This document shows, piece after piece, positions 1 to 8,907 of a stretch of DNA of 53,263 nucleotides. The position numbers were made by a program, and so were the translations under genes. Where the stretch lies: assembly GCA_046314695.1 (NCBI GenBank), contig JBKDBI010000464.1, positions 1 through 53,263 of the forward strand, written 5' to 3'. Under the pieces are notes generated by a model. It had not been told where the DNA came from, ran no database searches, and saw nothing but the letters and a program-made list of their open reading frames with translations. This stretch comes from Bacteroidota bacterium (lineage in GTDB: Bacteria > Bacteroidota > Bacteroidia > NS11-12g > UBA955). The stretch's first letter is position 1, and every line of letters begins with the position of its first letter.

Positions 1-456
1 CAGTTGGGGTTTGTGCTGGGTGTGGACGATGTGTTCTGTGAGCGGTGCCACGAGTTGGGACCGGGCACCCAGCAGGCTCTTGAGGTGAGGACCGGGCTGG
101 TCCAGTTGACAGTGGACCAGATGAAGCCGAGGTGGCCGAACATCGGGCACCCCGGCCTACGCGATCTGGTGGGCAAGGCCATGAGCGACGGAGAGCGGGC
201 GGCTGCCGCGAGCAAGCCCACGCCGACACGGGCGGGTCCAAAGAAGATGAAGTGGCTGGGCCTGACGTGGGAGGGTGTGCCCTATCCGTGGCTGCTGGGC
301 GTGGCAGTCGTCAAGGGCGTGCGGACGCTGTGGGCGGAGGTCAGGCGTGTGGGCTGGCCGTGGTCCAAGCGTGCGACCGGCTGCGGCTGCCTGTCCGCCC
401 CCAAGCGAGCACTCGCTGCCGTCACCAACACCTTGAGTGGGGGGAACAGCAAGTGA
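1..456 (+). CDS. 3' part of a virion-module ORF, probably the continuation of the ORF that leaves the window at 53015..53263
   Basis: Frame 1 is open from base 1 to TGA 454-456. The ORF from ATG 53015 ends the window after exactly 83 codons, so the two join in frame if the sequence is circular. No family recognised. Confidence 0.45.
   Translation, partial: QLGFVLGVDDVFCERCHELGPGTQQALEVRTGLVQLTVDQMKPRWPNIGHPGLRDLVGKAMSDGERAAAASKPTPTRAGPKKMKWLGLTWEGVPYPWLLGVAVVKGVRTLWAEVRRVGWPWSKRATGCGCLSAPKRALAAVTNTLSGGNSK
429..444 (-). repeat. Signature motif copy (CCCCCCACTCAAGGTG read on minus strand)
   Basis: The plus strand reads CACCTTGAGTGGGGGG. The copy is antisense to local genes, lies in the last codons of the wrap-around ORF (read as NTLSGG) and sits 20 nt before the glycosyltransferase ATG. 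Confidence 0.95.
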
Positions 457-464
457 TCCAGAAG

Positions 465-1184
465 ATGCTGCATCATGTGTGGCTTGGTCCCAACGAGATT
501 CCTGAGAGGGATCTGGTGTGGATTGGAGCGGCCCAGCGGGCTGTCCGTCGCAACAGCGAGGATTGGCAGTGCGTCTTGTGGGTCAACTCGAAGACCAACG
601 CCAGTCGCTATTCTGATCTGGGGGCGTCGCTGGTGCCCGAGCTGTTCAACCAGCAGATGTTCAACGAGATCCCCACCTTGTTCAAGGGCAACACCGTCTA
701 TGTGGTGCAGTCGGACATCGTGAGGATGGAGATGATTTGTCGGTACGGGGGTGTGTACATAGACACGGATGTTGAGCTGTTCAAGCCGTTGGGACCGCTG
801 CTGGATGGCGTGGAGCTGGCGTACGCCAACGAGTGGGGTGAGAGTCCCGGCAACTACTGCTTTGCAGCGAAGGCTAACCATCCGGCCATGTGGACGTGCC
901 TGCGTGAATTGGAGGGGCACTTCAATCAGATGAAGCAGGGGGGTCGAGTTCAGAAGGATGTGCTGGGGCTGGCGGGGCCGATCTACTTGAGCAGGCAACT
1001 GCTGAAGTATCAGCCGGTGATCTGGCCTCATCGGGTGTTCAACCCGCTTTGCTACATGCAGAACCCGGACAAGGTGGTCAAGTGGCCTGAGTGCTCGTAC
1101 GGCAACCATCGCTATGATGGGAAGTGGTACGAGCGGCAGAAGACTGATCCCGCTGAGTTTCCACGCATGGAGTATCTGCCGTGA
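465..1184 (+). CDS. Glycosyltransferase, GT32-like (DXD sugar-binding region)
   Basis: ATG 465 is in frame in track ORF 132..1184. MLHHVWLGPNEIP and SDIVRMEMICRYGGVYIDTDVE fit the hhQiW.G..iP ... sD..R...L..GG.Y.D.D pattern of DXD glycosyltransferases. Confidence 0.65.
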   Translation: MLHHVWLGPNEIPERDLVWIGAAQRAVRRNSEDWQCVLWVNSKTNASRYSDLGASLVPELFNQQMFNEIPTLFKGNTVYVVQSDIVRMEMICRYGGVYIDTDVELFKPLGPLLDGVELAYANEWGESPGNYCFAAKANHPAMWTCLRELEGHFNQMKQGGRVQKDVLGLAGPIYLSRQLLKYQPVIWPHRVFNPLCYMQNPDKVVKWPECSYGNHRYDGKWYERQKTDPAEFPRMEYLP

Positions 1185-3805
1185 GGACTCGCACGCTGGG
1201 CAACAGGGCTTGGGACTACTCGCTGACGGATGCGAACGCTGATCTGTCGTCGAGCAGGACGGGGTGCAAGCCCGGCTTCGCGTCGAGGTTGGTGGGTGTC
1301 GATCCGATCGAGATGCGACCTTTCCACGGCTTCAAGTATTTTGCGGCATTGGATTCGGGCAGCGGGACGCTGACGTTTGTGCGATCGGTCACAATTCGCA
1401 CGGGCGCTCAGGATCTGACGGGTGGCTTTGTCTATCGCAAGGGCACGTCGATCTACTTCAAGCGGCTTGTGCCTACGGTCGCGGTTGGTGCCGTCGAGCT
1501 GAAGGCGGGAGTGAGTGCGACTGCTCAGATGGACGTGGCGGTCTACGGGCGGCTCGTCTACGTGTTCGTGCAGGGTGAGGAGCCGTTCCTTTTCTACTTC
1601 AATGGAACTACGCCGGTCGTGGTGTACGACACGGGTCCGGGGGCTAACCCCACACTGAACAGCCCGGATCAGACGGTGACGCTGGGTACGTTGACGGGTG
1701 AGGGTGGGCAGATCGTCCTGACGAATCAACGGCCCGATTCGTTTGTGAGCCCGCTGGGGCTGGGACAGAATCAGGCGGCGAGCGTGGTAACGGTGCGGTC
1801 GCTGTCGCCGGGCAACTACACCTTTGCGTACCAGCTCTACGATTCGAGGAGTGGGCGGTGGGGTCAGTTGTCGAAGGTGGCGGTCGCGGATTCGACGGCG
1901 TTCGGTCGCTATCAGACGACGGGCACGGTGGTCGGCTCGGGTGCTCCGGGGTCGGGCGGCGTGAATGCGATTACGAGCGTGACAGGGGCTGCTCAAGAGT
2001 CGCGGTTCGCTGCCATCGAGATCGCGTATGACACGGCCAAGTGGGACACGGCCTACGTCTATCGGTCGGTTCGCACGGAGAGCGCGGGTGGTACGACTGC
2101 TGCTGCTCTGCTGCTGCTCGATCGGATCATCACGCTGTCAGCGTACCGGGCGTATGACTGGCCCACGTCGTCGGGCATCTCGGGCTTCGGCTCGGGCTCA
2201 GGTACGACGTACGGGTCAGGCTCGGGCCGTGTGAATGAGGGCGGGCTTGATCGTGCAATCTACTGGTACGAGCTGGATGACAAGCAGCTTGTCGTCAAGG
2301 GGGACGTGTACGCCGATTCGCCCGATTTTCAGGCGGAGATGCCGCGAGGCGGATGTGCGTGCTTTTATGAGGGGTCGATGTTGGTCGGTGCGTTGAGGCA
2401 GGGCACCACGTCGTTTGACAGCAATTTGGGCGAGTTGCGGTGGTCGTCGCTCGTGCGACAAGGCCCCGAGTTGTTCAGCTCGCGGGCGAGCTACACGCCG
2501 TCGATTCCGAGTGCTGAGGTACTGCGGATTGTGCAGGTGGGGCCGAATGCGGTGGGGTTCGGACGTGACCGGCTGTTCATGGTGCGGAAGGAATCGACGT
2601 TCATCAAGGTGCAGGAGATGCACGAGGGCATCGGCATCATCAACCCCAATGCGGTTGCAGTCTTTGCTAACTCCGCGTACTTCGTCAGCGACAAGGGGCT
2701 GAAGTTTATCGACTCGACCGGGCAGCTCGATGACGTGCGTGGTGTGGACGATCCCATCTATGTGAAGTGGCGAAACACCCGAGCCAACGTGGTCTGCGGC
2801 TTCGATCCGACGCTGGGCGTGGTCGTTGTCCACAACCCTGACTACAAGACGGGGCACACGCTGCTGTTGTGGACAGTTGGCAAAATCACCGAACTTGAGG
2901 ACACCTCGGTCTTCAAGTTCATCGAGCAGGGGGCGTTTCCGGTTGACTGGACTGAGGCATCTCCTACGGGCTCGCTGACCCGTCGCTTGTTTTTTGTGAC
3001 TGCTTCAGGCAACATCTATCTGGTGGACTCGCAGCGGTCCCGCTACACGGAAGGCACGACGAAATACACGGCGTCGGTTCTCATGCACCCGCCTGACTAC
3101 TCACGGCTCGTGTGGCAGGCCGACGAAGACTTGTCCGCTGGCGACACTGTGGTTACGGTGATGGGGCAGTCGGGCAACCCACCGACTGGTTGGGATTTCT
3201 CCAACCCACGTTACGCCGACTGCTATCTCTATGTGTTGAGCGATCCGACCAATCCTGCCAACGTAGGCAAGCGTGCTCGCATCACTGGAGCTACGAGTGG
3301 GCTTGGTGCGCTTGAAGTGGATACGGCGGCAGGGCTTACCCTGAGTGAGGGGGCGTGGGTCGGCATCAGTCCGGTGAAGGTGGTGTGGAATGGCCCGCCG
3401 CTCAGCGAGCAGATGGACAACGGAATGGAGGGGCAAGCCAACTTCGTGTCGCAGAAGCGGGTGAGCGGCATCAAAGTCGGGTTCGACACGCTGTTTGGCC
3501 CGTCGATCGGAGAGCCGTACGCTACCTACATGGGCGTGGTTTATCGCGGGGATCAGGAGGTTCCTGATGCGACGGGCCAGCCCATCTTGCGGTCGGGCAG
3601 CTATGCACCGGGAATTGCGGAGGCTGACGCGGGGTACACTGCGGTTCCCATTCAGACGCAGGCTACGTCGGTGAGGGCGAGGCAGGGCGTGCAGGGCAGC
3701 AATCTGGTGCCGGGCTTTGAGGTGTACTGTCCGAAGACGGACTATACTCTGCTGGGCGTTCGAGTCGAAGGCGAGATGGTTGCCGACGATCGCAGCGCGG
3801 TGTGA
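1181..3805 (+). CDS. Large virion/tail structural protein (874 aa), family not recognised
   Basis: Long ORF with a GTGA overlap onto the preceding stop. It lies in the virion arm. It contains a degenerate motif copy at 3337-3353 read as TLSEG. Confidence 0.6.
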   Translation: MRTRTLGNRAWDYSLTDANADLSSSRTGCKPGFASRLVGVDPIEMRPFHGFKYFAALDSGSGTLTFVRSVTIRTGAQDLTGGFVYRKGTSIYFKRLVPTVAVGAVELKAGVSATAQMDVAVYGRLVYVFVQGEEPFLFYFNGTTPVVVYDTGPGANPTLNSPDQTVTLGTLTGEGGQIVLTNQRPDSFVSPLGLGQNQAASVVTVRSLSPGNYTFAYQLYDSRSGRWGQLSKVAVADSTAFGRYQTTGTVVGSGAPGSGGVNAITSVTGAAQESRFAAIEIAYDTAKWDTAYVYRSVRTESAGGTTAAALLLLDRIITLSAYRAYDWPTSSGISGFGSGSGTTYGSGSGRVNEGGLDRAIYWYELDDKQLVVKGDVYADSPDFQAEMPRGGCACFYEGSMLVGALRQGTTSFDSNLGELRWSSLVRQGPELFSSRASYTPSIPSAEVLRIVQVGPNAVGFGRDRLFMVRKESTFIKVQEMHEGIGIINPNAVAVFANSAYFVSDKGLKFIDSTGQLDDVRGVDDPIYVKWRNTRANVVCGFDPTLGVVVVHNPDYKTGHTLLLWTVGKITELEDTSVFKFIEQGAFPVDWTEASPTGSLTRRLFFVTASGNIYLVDSQRSRYTEGTTKYTASVLMHPPDYSRLVWQADEDLSAGDTVVTVMGQSGNPPTGWDFSNPRYADCYLYVLSDPTNPANVGKRARITGATSGLGALEVDTAAGLTLSEGAWVGISPVKVVWNGPPLSEQMDNGMEGQANFVSQKRVSGIKVGFDTLFGPSIGEPYATYMGVVYRGDQEVPDATGQPILRSGSYAPGIAEADAGYTAVPIQTQATSVRARQGVQGSNLVPGFEVYCPKTDYTLLGVRVEGEMVADDRSAV

Positions 3806-3824
3806 CCGCATGTAGGGAGCCGCC

Positions 3825-4853
3825 ATGACTGCATTCAACAATAACTGGTTTGCGAACTTGGCGAGTCCCAATCGCAACACGCCCGCCTTTCAGCCGCCCA
3901 GCCAGCCGAGGGTGACGGGTGGTAACGAGCGGACCTACATCCGCAGCAACCCGGGCTTTTTGGCGGGCACGACCAACACGGACGGGTTCGGTCGGGTGCT
4001 CAACTGGGACTCGACGCAGACGCTGGCTGACGGGCAGCCCAACGCTTTGGGTCAGTTTACGAACACGCTGTTTGGGGAGATCGGGCAGAAGCAGGCCGCG
4101 GCAGACAGGCAGCGAGATCGCATGATGCAGGCTGGGCAGGGCATCGTGCAAGAGTCGGATGCCGGTGCGGCGGCGGTAATGGGGACGGCGGAGCGGACGG
4201 CTCAGCCGCTTGGGATGTTGGCCGATCAGTTCACGGCGAACATGGACCCCTCGAATCCCAACAGCATGTTGGGCCGTTCCAATCGGTTCGCTGATGAAGC
4301 GGTGGCCGAGAGTCGCCGAGCCCGTGATGAGTTTCAGGCTAACACGTTGGAAGACGAGAGCAACTTCGCTACGTCCATGAGCCGCCGGTTTCAGGATGAG
4401 ATGACCAAACTCCAGAGTGAGTTTGGGCCGCTCGCCGTCAACGACGAGCAGTTTGAGAGCGTCAAGCGAGAGCGGCTTCGAGGGTTTGGTGCTGAGTTGA
4501 ATCAGGGGCTCAATCAGATCCGATCGACGTTCAGGCAGAATGTCGCCGGGCTGACCAACCAGTTGTCGCAGACGATGCTTCAGGCGGGCAACATGGCCCA
4601 GTCAGGAGCGCAGGTGCAGCAGAACTGGGGCCAGCTCGCGCTTCAGTCAAGGCAGGCATGGGGCAACGTGCTCAACGCGGCGCAGGCCAATGCTATTCAG
4701 ATGCGGTTGTCAGGGCGGGACCGGATGGCGGATATCATCCAGCAGAATCCCGAGTCCATCTTCTCGTATGCTGAGGGGCTGCTCGCCTCGATGAACGTGC
4801 GAGACGCGGGTTGGGGAGATCGTTCGGCGTTTAGCGTGAGGAGCAGTCGATGA
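3825..4853 (+). CDS. Virion-module protein (342 aa), unassigned
   Basis: ATG 3825 is preceded by GGGAG. The stop overlaps the next start (ATGA at 4850). Confidence 0.6.
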   Translation: MTAFNNNWFANLASPNRNTPAFQPPSQPRVTGGNERTYIRSNPGFLAGTTNTDGFGRVLNWDSTQTLADGQPNALGQFTNTLFGEIGQKQAAADRQRDRMMQAGQGIVQESDAGAAAVMGTAERTAQPLGMLADQFTANMDPSNPNSMLGRSNRFADEAVAESRRARDEFQANTLEDESNFATSMSRRFQDEMTKLQSEFGPLAVNDEQFESVKRERLRGFGAELNQGLNQIRSTFRQNVAGLTNQLSQTMLQAGNMAQSGAQVQQNWGQLALQSRQAWGNVLNAAQANAIQMRLSGRDRMADIIQQNPESIFSYAEGLLASMNVRDAGWGDRSAFSVRSSR

Positions 4854-6403
4854 GCCAGATGCCCAGCCAAGTCAGCAGCCCCGGCCTGTTCTCTGAGACG
4901 GGCAGCTTCTCTCTGCGCAACTTGAGCGACTACGCCCAGATGCGAGCCCAGAACGATCTGGCGAAGGCCCAGCTTGCGCTGGAGCGGACCAAGATGGATG
5001 CGATGAAGGATCAGTTTCAGCAGGAGATGACGCAGCGGCAGTCGGAGCAGGCGACTGGCGTGGCCGAGGCTGAGAAGAACCGCCAGTTCCAGATGCAGCA
5101 GGTGCAGCAGGGACAGCAGTTCCAAGCGGGACAGAATGAGCTGGATCGACGGATGCAGGAGCAGCAGCTCAAGCAGGCCGACGAGCAGTTCTACACCATG
5201 CGTCAGTTTGAGATCGAGCAGATCAACGCCAAGTCGCGTGAGGCAATGGCCCTCGCTACTACGCAGGCTGAGCGTGAGGCTATCCAAGCCGCCACGCAGC
5301 GTGAGATCGAGCTGGCCGAAGCACGGATGGCAGCCGCCAAACTTCGCTTTGAGTCCAACGATCGCATGAAGGGGGAGGGATCTGCCGAGTTGATGGGTGC
5401 GGCAGCCAATATGGAAGCCGGTCGTTCGACTGCTACTGCCGCGATGGCTGACAGCCTCATCAAGCCTGTTCAAAACGCTGTCTTGCTCGCCGCCTACGAA
5501 GCCCGCAAGAAGAAGATGCTTCCGGGTATGCGAGAGACTCCTGAGCAGGAGGCATCTCGTTCTCGTATGGATCAAGAGATGGGCAACCGGCTGGTTACGT
5601 CGAGGGTGGCGGATGCGGTGGCCAGCTCGATTGGTAACACGCAGGGATTGGAGGGCGTGCAGGAGCAGGTCCGCGACTACATCTTCACGGCTCTTCAGGC
5701 GGCTGACATGCCGGACGACAAGACGGCCCAGAAGAATGCTAGCGAAGCCCTTAGCAAGCTGCTGAAGACGGGCCGGGTTGATGCGTATCAGGCTCGTGAG
5801 TTGCTGCGTGCGACCGCCGGCGCGATGTCCTTTAGCGACGGGTCCAAGACCGACATGCAAATCCAGCAACAGGTCAGGGAACTGAACAAGGGTCTCTGGG
5901 ATACGATGACTGACGCACTGCAAATTACGGGTACACCCGATCAGTTCGCGGACGAGTTTCTGAACAACAACGTCAAGAACTTGAACGAGCGTGCAGGTCG
6001 GCTTCGGTCGGCCAGCGGCTCGTTGTTCAATGGCAAGAGTGTCATTGAGCCCGGTATGTTGACGGCGACGTTTGCGGCGGGGCTCACTGACGGCAACCCA
6101 GACAACGATGGCCCCATCATCGCCCAGCTTCAGCAGTTTAGGGGTATGCCGGGTGGTGCTTCCTTCTTGCAGGCAGTTATCGCTAACACCACGAAGATCA
6201 ACAAAGCAGCGGGCAAGCTGCTCCAAGCTGAACTCGAAATCAAGACGACGGGCGAGGACATCGACCGCGTGAAGAAGAGCGAGATCGATCGGCTGGCCAA
6301 CCTCGATGAGCGGAGCCGCAAGAGCCTGAGCGAAGTGCTCGACCAGAACGAGAAGAATCTCGGACGTGCGATGGGCGATCGCGGCAATCGGAAGGAGAAG
6401 TAA
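4850..6403 (+). CDS. Gln/Glu/Ala-rich coiled-coil-like virion protein (517 aa)
   Basis: ATGA coupling to the upstream gene and a GAGGAG SD. Long heptad-like Q/E/A/K-rich sequence. Confidence 0.6.
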   Translation: MSQMPSQVSSPGLFSETGSFSLRNLSDYAQMRAQNDLAKAQLALERTKMDAMKDQFQQEMTQRQSEQATGVAEAEKNRQFQMQQVQQGQQFQAGQNELDRRMQEQQLKQADEQFYTMRQFEIEQINAKSREAMALATTQAEREAIQAATQREIELAEARMAAAKLRFESNDRMKGEGSAELMGAAANMEAGRSTATAAMADSLIKPVQNAVLLAAYEARKKKMLPGMRETPEQEASRSRMDQEMGNRLVTSRVADAVASSIGNTQGLEGVQEQVRDYIFTALQAADMPDDKTAQKNASEALSKLLKTGRVDAYQARELLRATAGAMSFSDGSKTDMQIQQQVRELNKGLWDTMTDALQITGTPDQFADEFLNNNVKNLNERAGRLRSASGSLFNGKSVIEPGMLTATFAAGLTDGNPDNDGPIIAQLQQFRGMPGGASFLQAVIANTTKINKAAGKLLQAELEIKTTGEDIDRVKKSEIDRLANLDERSRKSLSEVLDQNEKNLGRAMGDRGNRKEK

Positions 6404-6406
6404 CCA

Positions 6407-7867
6407 ATGGCCGATCTCAACAATCTCCATGCGTTGAAGATGCGTGCTCGTGTAAAGCTGGCTGAGCGACTTGCCAAGGTCAAGAAGATCAGCGAGGCTC
6501 AGGCGAGCAACGAGGGACGTGCCCTTCTAGATAAGCTCACCAAGCAATTCGGTCAGACTGGTGATGACGAGCAGAAGTTACTTGAGATGGTGGCTAACGA
6601 CCCCGATCCCGTTATCAAGAAGTTCGCTGGAACTTCGACCCCTGCCGCGACCAAAGTCGCTCCGGCGACTGCTCCGGCTGCTGCGAAGGTAGCCAAGCCT
6701 AAGAAGGTGGCGGCTCCTGCTTCAATTGCAGAGGTGGCCAAGCCTGCCGTTGTTCCGACTGACACGCCCGCCCCGAAAGCTCCAGCGAAGCCGAAGTCTG
6801 CGGCAGTGAAAGCCCGAACGAAGCCGACGGTTCCCGCTTCGGCGACTCCTGCTGCGAAGCCCGAGACGGCTCCGAAGGCAGCGGTGCAGCGAACTCGTAA
6901 GCCCAAGACGGCCCCGACTACGCCTGCGGTAGTGTCCGACAACCCGCCCGCCACGCTGACGGGCACTCAAACTCCGCTCGGTCCCCGTGCAGTGAGTGCA
7001 AGTCGCCCTTACGCTCTGGAGGAGATTGTGCAGATGAGGTCCAGATCGGGGCTTCCTACTCCGGCTGAAGGGCCGAGGGGTGCGCCTACCAATCCGGGTC
7101 AGATGCCGTTTCAGCAGCGTAGCTCGTCTGGAGCAGCGGCTCGGAGTAGCCGTACGCCTCGCCCGAATCCGGGTGTGCCGGAAGTGGCGGTGTCGCCGGA
7201 GGCTGCGTTGAACGAGAGGGCTGCGCGGCGGGCTGCGGCGAAGGCGGCGAACGCTGAACGGTTCTCCAAGACTCCGGCATTCCGTTCTCGTCCAGCGGCT
7301 AAGGCGCAAGAGGCAGTGGGTCAGTGGGCGAAGGCAGCGGACGCTGCTGAGGAGGCTGCGGCTGGCTACTCGGGTGCGAGGTCGGTTGCGAGTACACGAG
7401 CGGCGGCTGGTGCGAGAACGGCGGCTGGGGTTGCTGATGCTGCGGGCACTGCTGCACAAGTTGCGGGAAAGGGTGGCAAACTGGCGGGACTTGCAAAGGT
7501 GGCGGGCCGCGTCGCATTGCCGATCGGTATCGCGCTGACGGCGTGGGAACTTGGTAGGTATGGGTATGGGCTGGCGACGGGCAACCGGCGAGAGGGCGAG
7601 CAGCGAGGGTTGCAGTCGCTGGGCGACTACCAAGAGAACACGCGGCAAGAGATGGAGATGCAGAACTCTGAGCGGCTCAACAGCCAGCTTCGTCGGATTG
7701 AGTCCGATCGGGACTTGATGATGAGCCGCATGATGAGCGAGCGTGAGGAACGGATCACCGAGCTGGCTGGTGTGGTCATACGCAATGAGGGTTCAATCAG
7801 GGCGGCTGCCGTGCCGAGCAGGCCCGGGTTCGCTGAGATCTACGCTCAGATGAAGGGAGGCATGTGA
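6407..7867 (+). CDS. Ala/Pro/Lys-rich low-complexity protein with a C-terminal hydrophobic segment (486 aa)
   Basis: GAAGGAG SD before ATG 6407. About 130 aa of AKP-rich repeats (KVAKPKKVAAP, APKAPAKPKSAAVKA). Hydrophobic stretch GRVALPIGIALTAW. Confidence 0.55.
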   Translation: MADLNNLHALKMRARVKLAERLAKVKKISEAQASNEGRALLDKLTKQFGQTGDDEQKLLEMVANDPDPVIKKFAGTSTPAATKVAPATAPAAAKVAKPKKVAAPASIAEVAKPAVVPTDTPAPKAPAKPKSAAVKARTKPTVPASATPAAKPETAPKAAVQRTRKPKTAPTTPAVVSDNPPATLTGTQTPLGPRAVSASRPYALEEIVQMRSRSGLPTPAEGPRGAPTNPGQMPFQQRSSSGAAARSSRTPRPNPGVPEVAVSPEAALNERAARRAAAKAANAERFSKTPAFRSRPAAKAQEAVGQWAKAADAAEEAAAGYSGARSVASTRAAAGARTAAGVADAAGTAAQVAGKGGKLAGLAKVAGRVALPIGIALTAWELGRYGYGLATGNRREGEQRGLQSLGDYQENTRQEMEMQNSERLNSQLRRIESDRDLMMSRMMSEREERITELAGVVIRNEGSIRAAAVPSRPGFAEIYAQMKGGM

Positions 7868-8292
7868 TGCTACCTGCTGCTGCGGCTGCTGCCGCTTTTG
7901 CACTGCCTACGGGTCAGTTTCTAGGGGAGAACATCGTTGATCCGGTTGCGAGTGCGGCGGCTCGCAGCTTGGGTTGGAAGCGGGACGAGAGCGAGTTGGC
8001 CAGCCTGAGCGAGTCGTTCAGGCAGGAAGACATGGCGAGAGCGGTTGTACTCCGTGAGCAGCGGCTCATGCGAGCCGACATGGATAACGCCGAGCGTCTC
8101 GCTCGAATCAACCCCGGACTGGTCAAGCAGATTTTGGCGGGGCGACGATTGCCCCGAGGGGCTGTCGTCATTGGGGGTAAGCCCCGGACTGACGCACTGA
8201 TGGAGCTGGCACGCGCGATGAGTCAGGGTGCCTATACTGAACAACCGAAAGATCCCCTGCTCGCATTGGCGCAGAGCGGGGTTGCACAGTAA
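7867..8292 (+). CDS. Hypothetical protein (about 141 aa)
   Basis: AAGGGAGG lies 7 nt before ATG 7867, which overlaps the upstream TGA. An in-frame GTG at 7864 is also possible. Confidence 0.5.
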   Translation: MLPAAAAAAAFALPTGQFLGENIVDPVASAAARSLGWKRDESELASLSESFRQEDMARAVVLREQRLMRADMDNAERLARINPGLVKQILAGRRLPRGAVVIGGKPRTDALMELARAMSQGAYTEQPKDPLLALAQSGVAQ

Positions 8293-8313
8293 CTTCTGCA
8301 TTGGAGCATTCAC

Positions 8314-8793
8314 ATGGCCGGTCAACCCATCACTGTCATCGACGTTCTTCCTCGCATCGACCAGTTCTCCACCATCGGCCCCCTGGCTGCTGCGACGGCT
8401 GGCGACGGTCCCTTGTCGTTCCCGCAGGTGCCTCGCAGCAACGGCATCAGCGCGTTTATTGACCAGATCAGCTACAGCATCAACACGCGGGCTTCTGACG
8501 CGGCTGCGAACTTCCGCATCCTGCGTGTGCCGTTCGCGGCTGGCGGCTACGCGAACGTGGCTGCGATGGTGTCGGCAGGGCTTCCCGTGACTACGGCGGG
8601 TGCAACTCCGGCGACGGGTGCTCTTGGCGCGGCTACGGGTACGCTGGAGACGGGCCGCGTTTATGACGTGACCGTGCTGACTGACCAGAACGAGATCGAG
8701 CCGGGCGACATTCTGCTGCTGGACACCAGCGGCACGCTGACCAATCTGGCCGGTCTTGTTGTGACGATTCGCTACTCGACGCGGCGTAAGTGA
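8314..8793 (+). CDS. Hypothetical virion protein (159 aa)
   Basis: GGAG before ATG 8314. It is followed by two hairpins and a T-run, which suggests the end of a strongly expressed unit. Confidence 0.55.
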   Translation: MAGQPITVIDVLPRIDQFSTIGPLAAATAGDGPLSFPQVPRSNGISAFIDQISYSINTRASDAAANFRILRVPFAAGGYANVAAMVSAGLPVTTAGATPATGALGAATGTLETGRVYDVTVLTDQNEIEPGDILLLDTSGTLTNLAGLVVTIRYSTRRK

Positions 8794-8831
8794 TCCCCAC
8801 CACAACGCGATCTACATGATGGCTTGAGGGT

Positions 8832-8889
8832 CAGCACTGGGGAGTGCTGGGCACGGGGCGGGCAGTCGCAAGTCGGCTGCCCGCTTTTT
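8832..8889 (+). terminator. Tandem hairpins, the second a rho-independent terminator
   Basis: First hairpin: CAGCAC-TGGGGA-GTGCTG (8832-8849). Second: GCGGGCAGTCG-caagt-CGGCTGCCCGC (8858-8884), followed by TTTTT (8885-8889). Confidence 0.65.
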
Positions 8890-8907
8890 ACTTGACTAGG
8901 ATGAGCC

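Noticed and set aside
4697-6430. Long antisense ORFs opposite confident genes (also 282..1109, 9136..10785, 20549..22051, 41079..41894, 44594..45265, 46383..47381, 50260..51303, 52232..53116)
   Set aside because: These are typical high-GC shadow ORFs. They are Arg/Leu/His/Pro-rich, have no SD or coupling to neighbours, and lie opposite genes with recognisable motifs or coherent operon structure.
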